A DNA stretch of 64,000 nucleotides from the NCBI GenBank assembly GCA_965221905.1, contig OZ244922.1, forward strand, positions 3,382,956 through 3,446,955, in the 5' to 3' direction. Positions 19,506-29,250 of the stretch are shown here, in pieces. The stretch is from Chloroflexota bacterium. Lineage in GTDB: Bacteria > Chloroflexota > UBA11872 > VXOZ01. Both the position numbers and the translations under genes were made by a program. The notes beneath the pieces are model-generated. The model did no database searches. It was not told the origin of the DNA and saw nothing but the letters and a program-made list of their open reading frames with translations. Within the stretch, counting starts at the first letter, position 1, and each line of letters starts with the position of its first letter.

Positions 19506-20594
19506 TTACGCATTTTCCGCGGCGCTAACCCGTACTTCCTGCCCGTCGGCCACAGCCATAGTAAACCGTATGCGGCCTTCCGCAAGCGCTGTCACTCCGG
19601 CCACCGGCGCGCCGTCGCTGGTAACTTGCGAACGCTGCCACGCGCGCGGCGTATCCAGGGTGAAAGTGATCTCCCGGTGCCGGACTCGCTCCGGGATTCG
19701 GGGCGCTTCCATGTGAAACGTGATGGCCTCATCCGTAGTGAGGAGAGCGCGTGGATGGGCGGCGCGGCGCATCAGAATGTAGTCAATCACTTCGTCCGGC
19801 GTCGCGCGCCACACGTCGCCAACTTCCGCTACCTTCTCGAAGCGTTCGGCAAGCAGCGCGGGCGTAATGTTGCGTTCTGGGTCTGCCGGACTCTCGGAAA
19901 CAACCCGGGCGCTGTCCACCAGCCAGCCGCCGGTATCCCACGCCTGATGCAGCCGCCAGTAAGGATCGTACACGCGTAGCGGCAGCACAGTGCTTTCCAC
20001 GGTGTACATCGCTGCTCGCCCTAGCGCGTTCAAGTCCTCATCGACGTGATTGTAGTTCAGGCGGTCTTCAAGCGTAAAGACACTAAGGTATCCGGCTTCC
20101 TGTATCTCCTCGGGCGTGAAGCCGTGATGATGGTCTTGCCGCGAGACCACGAGAGCCGTAATCGGCGTTCCCACGAGTTCCTCAAGTGTTTGCGAAGTCA
20201 GCACCGTAGGGGCACCCCTCGTGGGCGCCCGATCACCATCGCGCGCTTGTTCGCGTGTCGGGCCCAGACCGGCAACACTCCAGCCGTGGCGTTGCAGCTC
20301 TCGGACCTCGTTCAGGTTGAGGTAGCGTCCGTGCTCACCTTCGTTCGCGTCTTGCCGGTGCTCTTCACCGTCTGCAATGCGTTCTGCATCCAGCGCTACC
20401 GTGCCTGGCATGGCGTGTTTTCGGTGTAGCGGCAAGGCATGCTGCAGCAGCGTGGGCACCCCTTCGTCATACGTGACGGAATATACCCAACGCCAACCGT
20501 ACTTCCACGTCTCAACTCGCAGCACGAGGTTTTTCCTTTGTCTAATTGCAGCGGACTTTGAGGTGATTATAGAGCCACCTCCCTTGACTATCAA
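19506..20594 (-). CDS. hypothetical protein
   Basis: 362 aa ORF with codon-usage-consistent high GC; no family confidently recognised. Confidence 0.4.
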   Translation of the reverse strand: MIVKGGGSIITSKSAAIRQRKNLVLRVETWKYGWRWVYSVTYDEGVPTLLQHALPLHRKHAMPGTVALDAERIADGEEHRQDANEGEHGRYLNLNEVRELQRHGWSVAGLGPTREQARDGDRAPTRGAPTVLTSQTLEELVGTPITALVVSRQDHHHGFTPEEIQEAGYLSVFTLEDRLNYNHVDEDLNALGRAAMYTVESTVLPLRVYDPYWRLHQAWDTGGWLVDSARVVSESPADPERNITPALLAERFEKVAEVGDVWRATPDEVIDYILMRRAAHPRALLTTDEAITFHMEAPRIPERVRHREITFTLDTPRAWQRSQVTSDGAPVAGVTALAEGRIRFTMAVADGQEVRVSAAENA

Positions 20595-20790
20595 TTTAAG
20601 TGCTACTTTAGAGTAGCGTCCGACGCTGGGAGACGTGAAGGGGGTTCAATGGGCGGGCTAACAGGAAGAGCTGTAGTATAACCGGTAAGATAGAGCGTGA
20701 GTGCGCAGCAGATTGTGTAGGTTTCAGAAGAGAGCAGGCGGCACTCTGTGAGTGAGGCCAAGACGGTGGGAAGAGAGACACTGCCGGCCC

Positions 20791-20824
20791 GTCATTCCCG
20801 CGCAAACGGGAATCCATCTTCCCG
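20791..20824. repeat. REP-like palindromic element, family A (GTCATTCCCGCGAAAGCGGGAATCCATCTTC)
   Basis: stem-loop TCCCGCGnnnCGGGA; at least 10 copies in the window (e.g. 640-676, 19432-19462, 24709-24903, 36566-36600, 52303-52352, 56337-56372, 56420-56480, 58023-58056, 58201-58236). Confidence 0.85.
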
Positions 20825-20979
20825 GAGACACGTGGACACTCCCGCGAAAGTGGCAGTGACGACAGGGAGGCTGCGGGTTTCGCTTTGTTGACACCTGAAC
20901 TCAACAGGATTCCCCTGCTCATTCTTCACCTGAAAGACTAGAGGACTGCTGCCATCCTCAAAACTGAGGGAGGTCCCAA

Positions 20980-21786
20980 ATGACGAACCTAGAACTCACC
21001 GTGCGTTTTCTGATTCACGAGCCGCGTGCGCCGGGCCTGCCGTACCGGGAAGAGCACTTTGGCTTCAAGCACAATCCCGTGAGCATTCCGCCAACCCAAG
21101 CCGCCATTGTGCTCGTGGACTGCTGGGACGAGCCGACCATCGAGAGTCACGGCGAGCGCTCCTCCCAGATCTGCCGTGACCTCATTCGGCCTCTGCTGGA
21201 CGTGTGCCGCGCGCTGGGAATTGCGGTGATCCATGCGCCGTCGCCGCCGGTGGCGCAGAAGTTTCCCCAGTGGTTGCGTTACGCGGGTGATAGCGAGCTC
21301 TTTCCGCAGCAGAAGCCTGCGGCGGACTGGCCGCCGCCGGACTTTGCGCAGCGCCAGGGAGAATGGGCGAACCTGGAGGCGCACTACAGTGACGAGTGGC
21401 TGCCTCTCCGGCAACAGCACAATGCGGTGCGCTCGATTGACTGCTCGGTATGGCCGGCGGACGAGGACTACGTGATCGCGACCGGCGAGCAACTGCACCG
21501 TCTATGTCGAGACAGGAACCTACGCTACCTCTTCTACGCCGGCTTTGCTACCAACTACTGCGTGCCGCACCGCGACTACGGCGTCTTCGCCATGCGCGAG
21601 CGCGGCTACTGCATCATGGTGCTGCGGGACTGCACGACCAGCATCGGCGCGCCCGGCCTGCCTCACAATCTCTGCACAGAGGAAGTATTTCATCACCTTG
21701 AGTCGCGCAGTCTTGCGGGTTCGATCACCTCGGAGGAATTTACCGAGGCTTCCACCCTTGTGACGGGATCAGCCAAGGAGACTTAA
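20980..21786 (+). CDS. isochorismatase-family cysteine hydrolase
   Basis: AIVLVDCWDE (cf. family block ALLVIDMQND) and downstream YAGFATNYCVPHRDYGVFAMRERGYCIMVLRD. Confidence 0.55.
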   Translation: MTNLELTVRFLIHEPRAPGLPYREEHFGFKHNPVSIPPTQAAIVLVDCWDEPTIESHGERSSQICRDLIRPLLDVCRALGIAVIHAPSPPVAQKFPQWLRYAGDSELFPQQKPAADWPPPDFAQRQGEWANLEAHYSDEWLPLRQQHNAVRSIDCSVWPADEDYVIATGEQLHRLCRDRNLRYLFYAGFATNYCVPHRDYGVFAMRERGYCIMVLRDCTTSIGAPGLPHNLCTEEVFHHLESRSLAGSITSEEFTEASTLVTGSAKET

Positions 21787-21907
21787 CGCGCTGGAGGGAG
21801 GCAACGCCCCCGTGCCTCCCTCCTCGATGAGTTTCTGTGCTTTTCTACGCTCACAGGCTTCGGCTGATGCTACCACAGCCCAGGTGTGTGCACAGCCAAT
21901 CTGTAGC

Positions 21908-23281
21908 TTACTGGTTCTCCGCCTTCCAGTCCGCAATAGCCTGCTCGAGCGCCGCGAACGAGTTATCCACCGCCTCTTCCGACGTCAGATTGTCCTCCTC
22001 CCGGAAGTGCGGCCGCAGGTGCGTATTGAGGGCGCCAGTGAAATTTCTGTACGCCGGGTGCGGCCAGAACGGCGTAGCATAGCCCGCGCTGCGAGCGAAT
22101 GACAACTGGTTGGCTGGGCGCGGATCGTCTTCCGGGGGGCCGAAGGCATGCTGCGAGGGAATATGAACCGGAATGGCGTCGCCGCGATTGCCCATCCACT
22201 GCTGAAAGTTCGGCTTCGCAAACCATACGACGAGTGTCTCGGCATCCGGATTGGTGCTGCTCTCCAGGACGAAATGTTCCTCCTGGCCCATGAAGGCGCC
22301 CCTCGTGCGTCCGCCGCCGATTTGAAGATAGGGCGGCTCGAAGGAATCGAACTTGAGCTCGGCCTGATCGCGTGATGGCACGATGCCCCAGGTGCCGAAG
22401 ATTACCTGGCTGAGTTGCTGGTTGCCGAACGCATTGATGGCAAAGCCGCTCAGATCGATGTCGTCGTTGTTTGGCCCCGGCGCCGCCTGCCGCCTGACCC
22501 ACGCATCCTTGATCATGAGCACCATTTGCAAGGCGATTTCGCGGTCGGCAGCCAGTTCACCGTCTTCGTCGAGCATGCCCGCATAGACGAACGGCAAGTA
22601 TTGCGGAATATAGGAACTGGTGCTGATACCCCAAGCAGTATTCTTCTCCTGCCCCTGGTTGAGGGAAGCCGTCAGCTTCTCCGCATCGTCGAGGACCTGC
22701 TCCCAAGTTGTGTCGTCCGTGGGATAATTCAGCCCGGCCGTATCGAAGTGCTGCTTGTTGTAGAAGAGGCTCGTCGTGTTCAGACCGTACGGCACGCCGA
22801 GCAGCTTGCCCTGCCAGGTATTGCCCTTAACCACCGGCTCGACAAACTCGCTGATATCGATGCCGTGCGCCTTCAGAATCGGGCGGTGGTCCCTGACTAA
22901 GTCGGCCACTTGATGCGGGGCTACGCCCCACCAGCAGACGTCCGGCGGGGAGCCGGCTGCCAAGAGCGGCGGCAACTCTCGCGGCGGGTAGCCCAACTTC
23001 CAGGCAACATCGACCTCCGGATGGTCCAGATCGAATTGCTCCAGCGTGGCCGCAGTCTTCGCAATCGTGCTCTCGCGCTGACTGATCAGCAGAGCCACCA
23101 CCGGCGCGTGTTCCACGACCGTCGGCTGACTTGCTTCTTCCTTCGGGGCGTCTGCTGCCTGCTCCATCGGCGCTCCCGTGGTCTGTACTTGCCCGCACGC
23201 CGCCAAGACCAGCCCGGCGGAGCCGACGGCTGCCGACGAACCAAGCAGACTGCGCCGTGATAGGCGATGGACGTTTTTCAT
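21908..23281 (-). CDS. ABC transporter extracellular solute-binding protein (family 1, sugar-type) with Tat/lipoprotein signal
   Basis: start set at MKNVHRLSRRSLLGSSAAVGSAGLVLAACGQ (twin-arginine motif plus lipobox Cys); about 450 aa mature domain typical of SBP_bac_1. Confidence 0.75.
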   Translation of the reverse strand: MKNVHRLSRRSLLGSSAAVGSAGLVLAACGQVQTTGAPMEQAADAPKEEASQPTVVEHAPVVALLISQRESTIAKTAATLEQFDLDHPEVDVAWKLGYPPRELPPLLAAGSPPDVCWWGVAPHQVADLVRDHRPILKAHGIDISEFVEPVVKGNTWQGKLLGVPYGLNTTSLFYNKQHFDTAGLNYPTDDTTWEQVLDDAEKLTASLNQGQEKNTAWGISTSSYIPQYLPFVYAGMLDEDGELAADREIALQMVLMIKDAWVRRQAAPGPNNDDIDLSGFAINAFGNQQLSQVIFGTWGIVPSRDQAELKFDSFEPPYLQIGGGRTRGAFMGQEEHFVLESSTNPDAETLVVWFAKPNFQQWMGNRGDAIPVHIPSQHAFGPPEDDPRPANQLSFARSAGYATPFWPHPAYRNFTGALNTHLRPHFREEDNLTSEEAVDNSFAALEQAIADWKAENQ

Positions 23282-23796
23282 CGTTGCTCTCCTTTGTGCT
23301 ATTGCTCTCTCATCGGGAACGGCTTTGGATCCTTCCCAGCCAATTTCCACTGTGGCTAAGAGTGTACTTCTCAATATTGCACACTGTCAAGGCAACGCTA
23401 GGATTCTGGGACAGCCCCATCACATTACTTTCAGGGAGTTTCCTGCAATACCTGCGGCAAGTAAATGAGAGAAGAGACATGCAAGTGAAGAGAAAAATAG
23501 ACCGAGCAAACTTGGCCCTGACCCCTATTGAGAGGCTAATCCGCATGTCATTTCGAGCGAAGCGAGAAATCTAGAGCCCAAGCAAAGTAGATTCTTCGTC
23601 GCGGAGTCTATCCTGAGCTTGTCGAAGTGCTCCTCAGAATGACGGGCCAAAGGGCGAGGCTGCGCGGCGGTTGGCAAATTGCCCAGTATCTTGAGACCGA
23701 CTACGTCCAAAGCCACTAGTTGCGGTGAGAATAGCTTAGTCGGCGGGCTTCGCACAGCAGCGGAGCCGGGCGACAAGGATCGCAGAAGTTCCCTGG

Positions 23797-24648
23797 CTAC
23801 GCTTTTCGCACAGCCAGGATACGTTCCATGTTGCCGCCCATGATGAGCGCGCGCTGCTCTTCTGTCAGTCCCGCTGCCCTAATCTTGCCAACACCGGCGG
23901 TAAAAGACGTATCGCAGCCGAAGAGCACGCGCTCCGCGCCGACGACGCGCACAGCCGTCTCCACCATGCCGCTATCGAAAACGCTGCCGCTAGTATCCAG
24001 GTAGAGGTTTGGCGTAGCGCGCGCCGCTTTGACGGTCCACTCCCAGTCACCGCCGCCGCCGATGTGGGCGACTATCAGCACTGCTTCGGGGTAGCGCGCT
24101 GCCAGTGTTGCCAGGTCGCCGCTGTCTGAGATGTTGGGCTGCTTGGGTATCGGCCGGTGCGGATGTCCGGCGTGATGCAGAATAGGCACGCCGAGTTCGA
24201 TAGCCAGTTCAATGATGGGAAAGAGGATGGGATCGGTGCACTTGTATTCGTTGTAGAGCTTCACGCCGATGAATCCTTGCTCTTCCACGTAGTAACGAAT
24301 CTCGCTCAGCGCTTCCCGCGTGTAGCCGGGATTCACATAGCAATACCCTCGCACCGCGGTGGGGTAGCGCCGGGTCGCGGCGGCCAGTTGCCGGTTGCAT
24401 TCTTGGAAGTCCTCGAGTGGGGCGGGCATTGCGGTGGTCAGAATTGAAGCACAGCTCATGCCGATGCCCACCCGCTCTGCCGCCTCAATCAGGGCGGCGT
24501 CGCTGGACCCCCAGATCCGCGTGATACCGGTGTGCTCACCGGTCAGGTGAGCGTGACAGTCAATTATCATCGGTAGTACCTCGTACCTAGACCTTTCGTC
24601 CGCACTTTCCAATTCTCCCGCGCTGTTTGCCACCGCCCCGACAGTCAC
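23797..24648 (-). CDS. amidohydrolase-2 family metal-dependent hydrolase (TIM barrel)
   Basis: N-terminal IIDCHAHL metal-binding HxH motif; paralogous to the genes at 25240 and 28214. Confidence 0.7.
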   Translation of the reverse strand: MTVGAVANSAGELESADERSRYEVLPMIIDCHAHLTGEHTGITRIWGSSDAALIEAAERVGIGMSCASILTTAMPAPLEDFQECNRQLAAATRRYPTAVRGYCYVNPGYTREALSEIRYYVEEQGFIGVKLYNEYKCTDPILFPIIELAIELGVPILHHAGHPHRPIPKQPNISDSGDLATLAARYPEAVLIVAHIGGGGDWEWTVKAARATPNLYLDTSGSVFDSGMVETAVRVVGAERVLFGCDTSFTAGVGKIRAAGLTEEQRALIMGGNMERILAVRKA

Positions 24649-24708
24649 TTCCGGCCGCCCTAACCACCACTATTCTCCACGCCGACCGTCACGTTCGACC
24701 GCCCTATC

Positions 24709-24903
24709 CGTCACTCCCGCGAAAGCGGGAGTCCAGGGTTCTTGGAGAAGATGGATTCCCGCCCCGAATCAAGTACGGGACAAGCTATCGCGGGAACTGT
24801 AAATGTTGAGTAGTTCGTTGACAGAGTTTTCAATCCAGTTAATGTCATGGAAAGTTGAGGACGTTCACCTCCGTCATTCCGGCGAAAGCCGGAATCCATC
24901 TTC
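24709..24903. repeat. cluster of three family-A REP elements (one inverted)
   Basis: CCGTCACTCCCGCGAAAGCGGGAGTCCAG; inverted GAAGATGGATTCCCGC; CCGTCATTCCGGCGAAAGCCGGAATCCATCTTC. Confidence 0.8.
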
Positions 24904-25239
24904 ACTGCACCCGCTACACTCCGGCTCCGAATCAATCTGGAGGCAGGCTATGCGCCGGAGTTGCGGTTTTTGTGCCGCCTACCATGTTCGTTCTTAATGC
25001 CTGCGTTGTCTTTGCTCGTTACAAAAAAACCCATTGGGTAAGGTAGCTGATTGGTAGCCCAAAATTCCTGCCGTATCATGCTCCCATTCTGTCAACGAGT
25101 CTCCTGACACTTACAGGAATGACGGACTATAGAGCGCCTTTCTACTCGATCCCGCCATGCCTGCAATCCAAGCGTCCCCGCGCTACGGTTCATGACAAGC
25201 GAGAGACAGTTACCCGGTGCCATGATCCGCCAAACACGT

Positions 25240-26019
25240 TTACTCTTCGCCCAGCAGACGACTCGCATTCTGCCATCGAATCCGATCTTTCACCGTTTCC
25301 GGCACGTCGAGGACCTCCAGCTTGTAGAGCGGCACTTCAGCCGATGTGAGCGGCATGCCGCTGCCAAAGACCAGCCGCTCCGGTCCCAGGTCCGTGAGGA
25401 GCGTGGGCAGCTCTTCCTTTACGAAAACCGAGAGCCGCGAGATATCCAGGCCGTAGTTGGCTTGCACGGCGCCACGTACGCCAAGGGGAGTTTCCGTGAA
25501 GCCCAAGCCGTAGTGAAAGACGAAGCGCCCGTCTGGATGCGCTTGCGCCAGTGCTGCCATGTCCGCTATCGGCACAATGCCGGGTTGGGCAATGAGCCAC
25601 GACCGCTCGCGGTCATCCTCGACCCAATGGGGCACGGAAATCACCAAGTTTCGGGCAATGGCCGCTTCCACAAGTTCACGGCAGGCGGGATCGCGCAAGG
25701 TGTAGCGATGGTAAGGCGGGTAGAGCCGTACGCCCCGACACCCGAATTCCTCTTGGCAGACCGTTAGGTCGTGCTCCCAATCGGCATATGTCGGGTTGAT
25801 GACGGCAAAAGGTACCAGGCGATCATGGTGCTGACGCACCTCGGCGTGGAGCTCCTCGTTCCCCGCATGAGCATTGCGGTAGAGGATTGAGCTCGCAGAC
25901 GATACCCACGCCTGGTCGATGCCGTGACTGTCCATGGCGCGCAATAGGCCGCTGGCTGAGCGCCACTGCAAGGGACGAAACCCCCAGTGACCAACGTGAA
26001 CATGTGTATCTATCAGCAT
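25240..26019 (-). CDS. amidohydrolase-2 family metal-dependent hydrolase
   Basis: MLIDTHVHVGHWGF N-terminal HxH motif; 259 aa. Confidence 0.7.
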   Translation of the reverse strand: MLIDTHVHVGHWGFRPLQWRSASGLLRAMDSHGIDQAWVSSASSILYRNAHAGNEELHAEVRQHHDRLVPFAVINPTYADWEHDLTVCQEEFGCRGVRLYPPYHRYTLRDPACRELVEAAIARNLVISVPHWVEDDRERSWLIAQPGIVPIADMAALAQAHPDGRFVFHYGLGFTETPLGVRGAVQANYGLDISRLSVFVKEELPTLLTDLGPERLVFGSGMPLTSAEVPLYKLEVLDVPETVKDRIRWQNASRLLGEE

Positions 26020-26190
26020 CAGCCTACCCGATCACGTTTGATGTCTACCTGCCTGTTAGCCGCACGAAAGAGGCGATCAGCAACTTGAAGAAAACTAGAG
26101 ATTCCGCCATGTGCCCAACCCTCGTCACGATTCCGGCTGGATAGTGAGTGTGTACAGCGCATTATTAGTGACACTACATGTGAAATTTTA

Positions 26191-26264
26191 GGTGACCCGC
26201 CAGGGACTCGAACCCCGAACCCACTGATTAAGAGTCAGTTGCTCTGCCATTGAGCTAGCGGGCC
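26191..26264 (-). tRNA. tRNA-Lys (anticodon CTT)
   Basis: minus-strand GGCCCGCTAGCTCAATGGCAGAGCAACTGACTCTTAATCAGTGGGTTCGGGGTTCGAGTCCCTGGCGGGTCACC: 7-bp acceptor stem (one G-U), anticodon stem ACTGA/TCAGT with loop CTCTTAA, T-arm GGTTCGAGTCC; CC encoded, terminal A not encoded. Confidence 0.9.
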
Positions 26265-26578
26265 GTTACCGTGCTGTGGACTTGCATGCATTGTAGCATT
26301 CGATTATGGACACGGACAAGATAGCATACTGTTTTGCGGCCGTTCGTGCTGGGCATTTCGCCAGGCTTAGCATAGGCTTGTCGATGCATGAACGGCGTTA
26401 GCTGCACTGTGTTCGTGGTGCAATCGTTCGCCCTGAGCCTGTCGAAGGGTGAACGATTGCCAATCGCGCGAAAGAATCTTCACAGAAGGACTGCCGAGAC
26501 GCCCCAGTGCCGGACCGTCCTTGCATTGCTTCTCACCATACTCCTGGAGTTTGTTCCACTGAGCCTCGTGGTTTCGGA

Positions 26579-27259
26579 TCACTGCTCTGAAGCGTCTCCC
26601 GATATTGCTATCTCACGCTCGAAGTGCGGCTCGGTGCGTTCGCCGCGATGCCAGGCGAACGCCTGGGGCACGCGGTCGCGGGCGCCGGGCGTGAGTTGCG
26701 GCAGCGCGTCTTCGGAGTAGTACCCCACGTCCAGGGCTTCACTCGTCGGGTGCGGTGTGCCTGAAACGTATGAGCACATGAAGCCGACCATATAGACCTG
26801 AAACGGCGCTCGGCCTCCGTATGCCCGGTTGTCATAGATGCCAAGCAGGCGCTCGGCGCGCACGTGCACGCCGGTCTCTTCCCAAAATTCCCGTTCCGCC
26901 GCCTGGGCCGCCGTTTCGCCAACTTCCACCATGCCGCCCGGCATTGCCCATAGACGGTTGTCCGACCGCTGCATGAGCAACACGCGACCCTGTGCGTCGA
27001 ACAGCGCGCCAAAGGCCGCTACTTTCGGCGTCTGCACGCCGATGTCTCCGTTGTAAAGCGCCAGAATCTCCTCTGCTGAGCGTGTATCGGTGTGCGCAAA
27101 GAGCCGCGCCGCCAACGCCAATACCCGCTCGTAACGGGCAATTTCGTACTCATCATCCTCCCGCCGCGCGTAAAAGAGCCCGGTCTGCCCAATAGCCCGC
27201 AACTGGTCGGCAATATCCTGCAAATCTTCGCGTATCACGTTGTTTTCTTCATTAGCCAT
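26579..27259 (-). CDS. NUDIX hydrolase
   Basis: Nudix box GGMVEVGETAAQAAEREFWEETG; start set at MANEENN, 8 nt downstream of the RraA-like gene stop. Confidence 0.8.
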   Translation of the reverse strand: MANEENNVIREDLQDIADQLRAIGQTGLFYARREDDEYEIARYERVLALAARLFAHTDTRSAEEILALYNGDIGVQTPKVAAFGALFDAQGRVLLMQRSDNRLWAMPGGMVEVGETAAQAAEREFWEETGVHVRAERLLGIYDNRAYGGRAPFQVYMVGFMCSYVSGTPHPTSEALDVGYYSEDALPQLTPGARDRVPQAFAWHRGERTEPHFEREIAISGDASEQ

Positions 27260-27266
27260 GTGGTAC

Positions 27267-27953
27267 TTACCCCAGCATTGCTTTCTTGAACTTCTCCAAC
27301 GAAAACGCCGGATCGGCGAGGGCCTCGAGGAGTCCGGATTCGTCCTGGCGGACTTCATCGGCTTTAGCGGCGACTTCGCCTGCGATGGCGGCGGGAATTT
27401 GGACGACGCCATTCAGGTCGGCGTGGAGCAAGTCACCTTGGTTGACGGTGAGGCCCGCGACGGTCACGGGCGTGGCAAAAGATTCTACCGTTACCTGGCC
27501 GTGCGAAACGATCACGCCGGAGGCAAAGTACTGCAAGCCGAGGGCGCGCACTTCGTTGACGTCGCGCACGGCGCCATCGGTGATTACGCCCACAAATTCG
27601 AGGCGCTTGAGCAACGTGCACATGATCTCGCCAAAGAGCGCCGCCGGCACATCCGGCGAGGCGTCATGGGCCACCATGATGCGCGGCGTGGGCACTTCAG
27701 CGGCGTGTTCCAAGGCGTTGACCCACTGCTGGCGCATGGGCGGATCCTGCGGCTCACGATTCTTGAATGTAATGGTAAAGGCGTAGCCCACGATTTCACC
27801 AAGTTCAGGATAGAGGCAGCGGATAGAGCTATCCATGTATCCCGCGCGACGGTCGCGTGCGTCGAACTCTTCGATGGCATTTGCAATGGTTGGGCTGTCG
27901 ATGGCGCGCAGTGCAGCCAGTTGCGCCGTAGTTAAGTGTGCCAAATCGGACAA
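27267..27953 (-). CDS. RraA family protein (regulator of RNase activity A / 4-hydroxy-4-methyl-2-oxoglutarate aldolase-like)
   Basis: GDLLHADLNGVVQIP (cf. family block GDVIVADDDGVVVIP) and GVITDGAVRDV. Confidence 0.7.
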   Translation of the reverse strand: MSDLAHLTTAQLAALRAIDSPTIANAIEEFDARDRRAGYMDSSIRCLYPELGEIVGYAFTITFKNREPQDPPMRQQWVNALEHAAEVPTPRIMVAHDASPDVPAALFGEIMCTLLKRLEFVGVITDGAVRDVNEVRALGLQYFASGVIVSHGQVTVESFATPVTVAGLTVNQGDLLHADLNGVVQIPAAIAGEVAAKADEVRQDESGLLEALADPAFSLEKFKKAMLG

Positions 27954-28213
27954 GGCAAAACTCCTTAGTCGATTGATTGAAATACTTTAGTACACGTAGC
28001 GGGCGCTGGCGTGGTCCAATTCTACTTCTAAAATCCCATCGTAATTCCACCAAGTGAGTTGGATTGGGCTGAATTGCCAATGATTCACCCTCACCCTTAC
28101 CCTCTCCCTCAATGGAGAGGGGATTCTGCGCCTCCGAGCCAAGTCAAAGTAGGGTCATTCCTGGAAAGGCAAGCTTGTCCGATGGAAATGCGTCGAGCTC
28201 GCTCCTATGGTAC

Positions 28214-28996
28214 CTAAGCCAGACAACCATCGAGGAGACGCTGCAAGCTTGCTCCCGCGATCCCTGCGCGCGCTTTGGCATCTAAACCGCTGTAAGAAAG
28301 CGTTGTAATGGGAAGTGAAGGCTCAAAGGTCGGCAGGCCGGTGCCGAATATGAATCGCTCGGCGCCCCACCGCTCTACGAGTTCCAACAAGGAGCTGTGC
28401 CCGCCGAGATATGAGGTCTCGACGTAGAGGTTTGGCGAACGGTCGAGCAGCGGGAAGAGCACGCGAAAGTCAGCGTGGGACTGGCGCAAGAGGATAACCG
28501 GCAGGTCTGGAAATGCGGCCAAGAGCCAGGCAATGAAGTCCCAGTGGCGCGGCTCGCTATAGTGCGCGTTGTCGAAGTCGAGCAGCATAGGTACTCGCTT
28601 CTCGGCGAGCGCCTCCGCGAGTGGTTCGATCACCCACGGTTCCAGCACGAGAAAATGAGCTACCGGACATAGCCGCGCGGCGCGCGCGCCTGCTGCCAGC
28701 AACTGCTCCACCTGTTCCCGTTCCGGCGGTACTTCGCGCGTGGCAGCGGGCATCACGACCCAACAAGGGGCAAGGCGCGGCTCGTCGGCAATTGCTTGCA
28801 GCAACCGCTCGTTGCCGGTCGTGGGATCGTGCCACTTGGCTGCGGTATGCGTGACCAGCGCTTGCGCAATGTCGTAAGAATCCAGTAGCTCCAGCAATTC
28901 CGCGGCGTCCGCAGGCGCCCCCGGTGGGCGGTGTGGGAACGGGCCAAGCGAAACGTTCACGTCGAAGAGTTTTGGACGCCCATTTGCTTCCGCCAT
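28214..28996 (-). CDS. amidohydrolase-2 family metal-dependent hydrolase
   Basis: LFDVNVSLGPF N-terminus and RFIFGTGLP C-terminal block; third paralogue in the cluster. Confidence 0.6.
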   Translation of the reverse strand: MAEANGRPKLFDVNVSLGPFPHRPPGAPADAAELLELLDSYDIAQALVTHTAAKWHDPTTGNERLLQAIADEPRLAPCWVVMPAATREVPPEREQVEQLLAAGARAARLCPVAHFLVLEPWVIEPLAEALAEKRVPMLLDFDNAHYSEPRHWDFIAWLLAAFPDLPVILLRQSHADFRVLFPLLDRSPNLYVETSYLGGHSSLLELVERWGAERFIFGTGLPTFEPSLPITTLSYSGLDAKARAGIAGASLQRLLDGCLA

Positions 28997-29250
28997 TGCC
29001 AGAATCTCCCATTTTGTGATTCAACTTTGTTGCCGGCCTACCCGGACGCATCCGGATGAGTGCCCCGCGAACGGCCAAGACACGCTGTATTCTTTTCTCA
29101 TATGCTAGACTACCCGGCTGCGTTCCGCAGACTTCGCTCGCGTGCGCAGTCTCCCTCGGTCAAGTGCCTACGCTCTCGCTCTGGTCCCACTTTGCCTTCC
29201 TTCGCGTGTAAGGAGAACCTGGTGCAAAGCTTCCGCGCAACCGGTGGCCG

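Noticed and set aside
22415-22900. 161-aa plus-strand ORF
   Set aside because: It is antisense within the substrate-binding protein gene.
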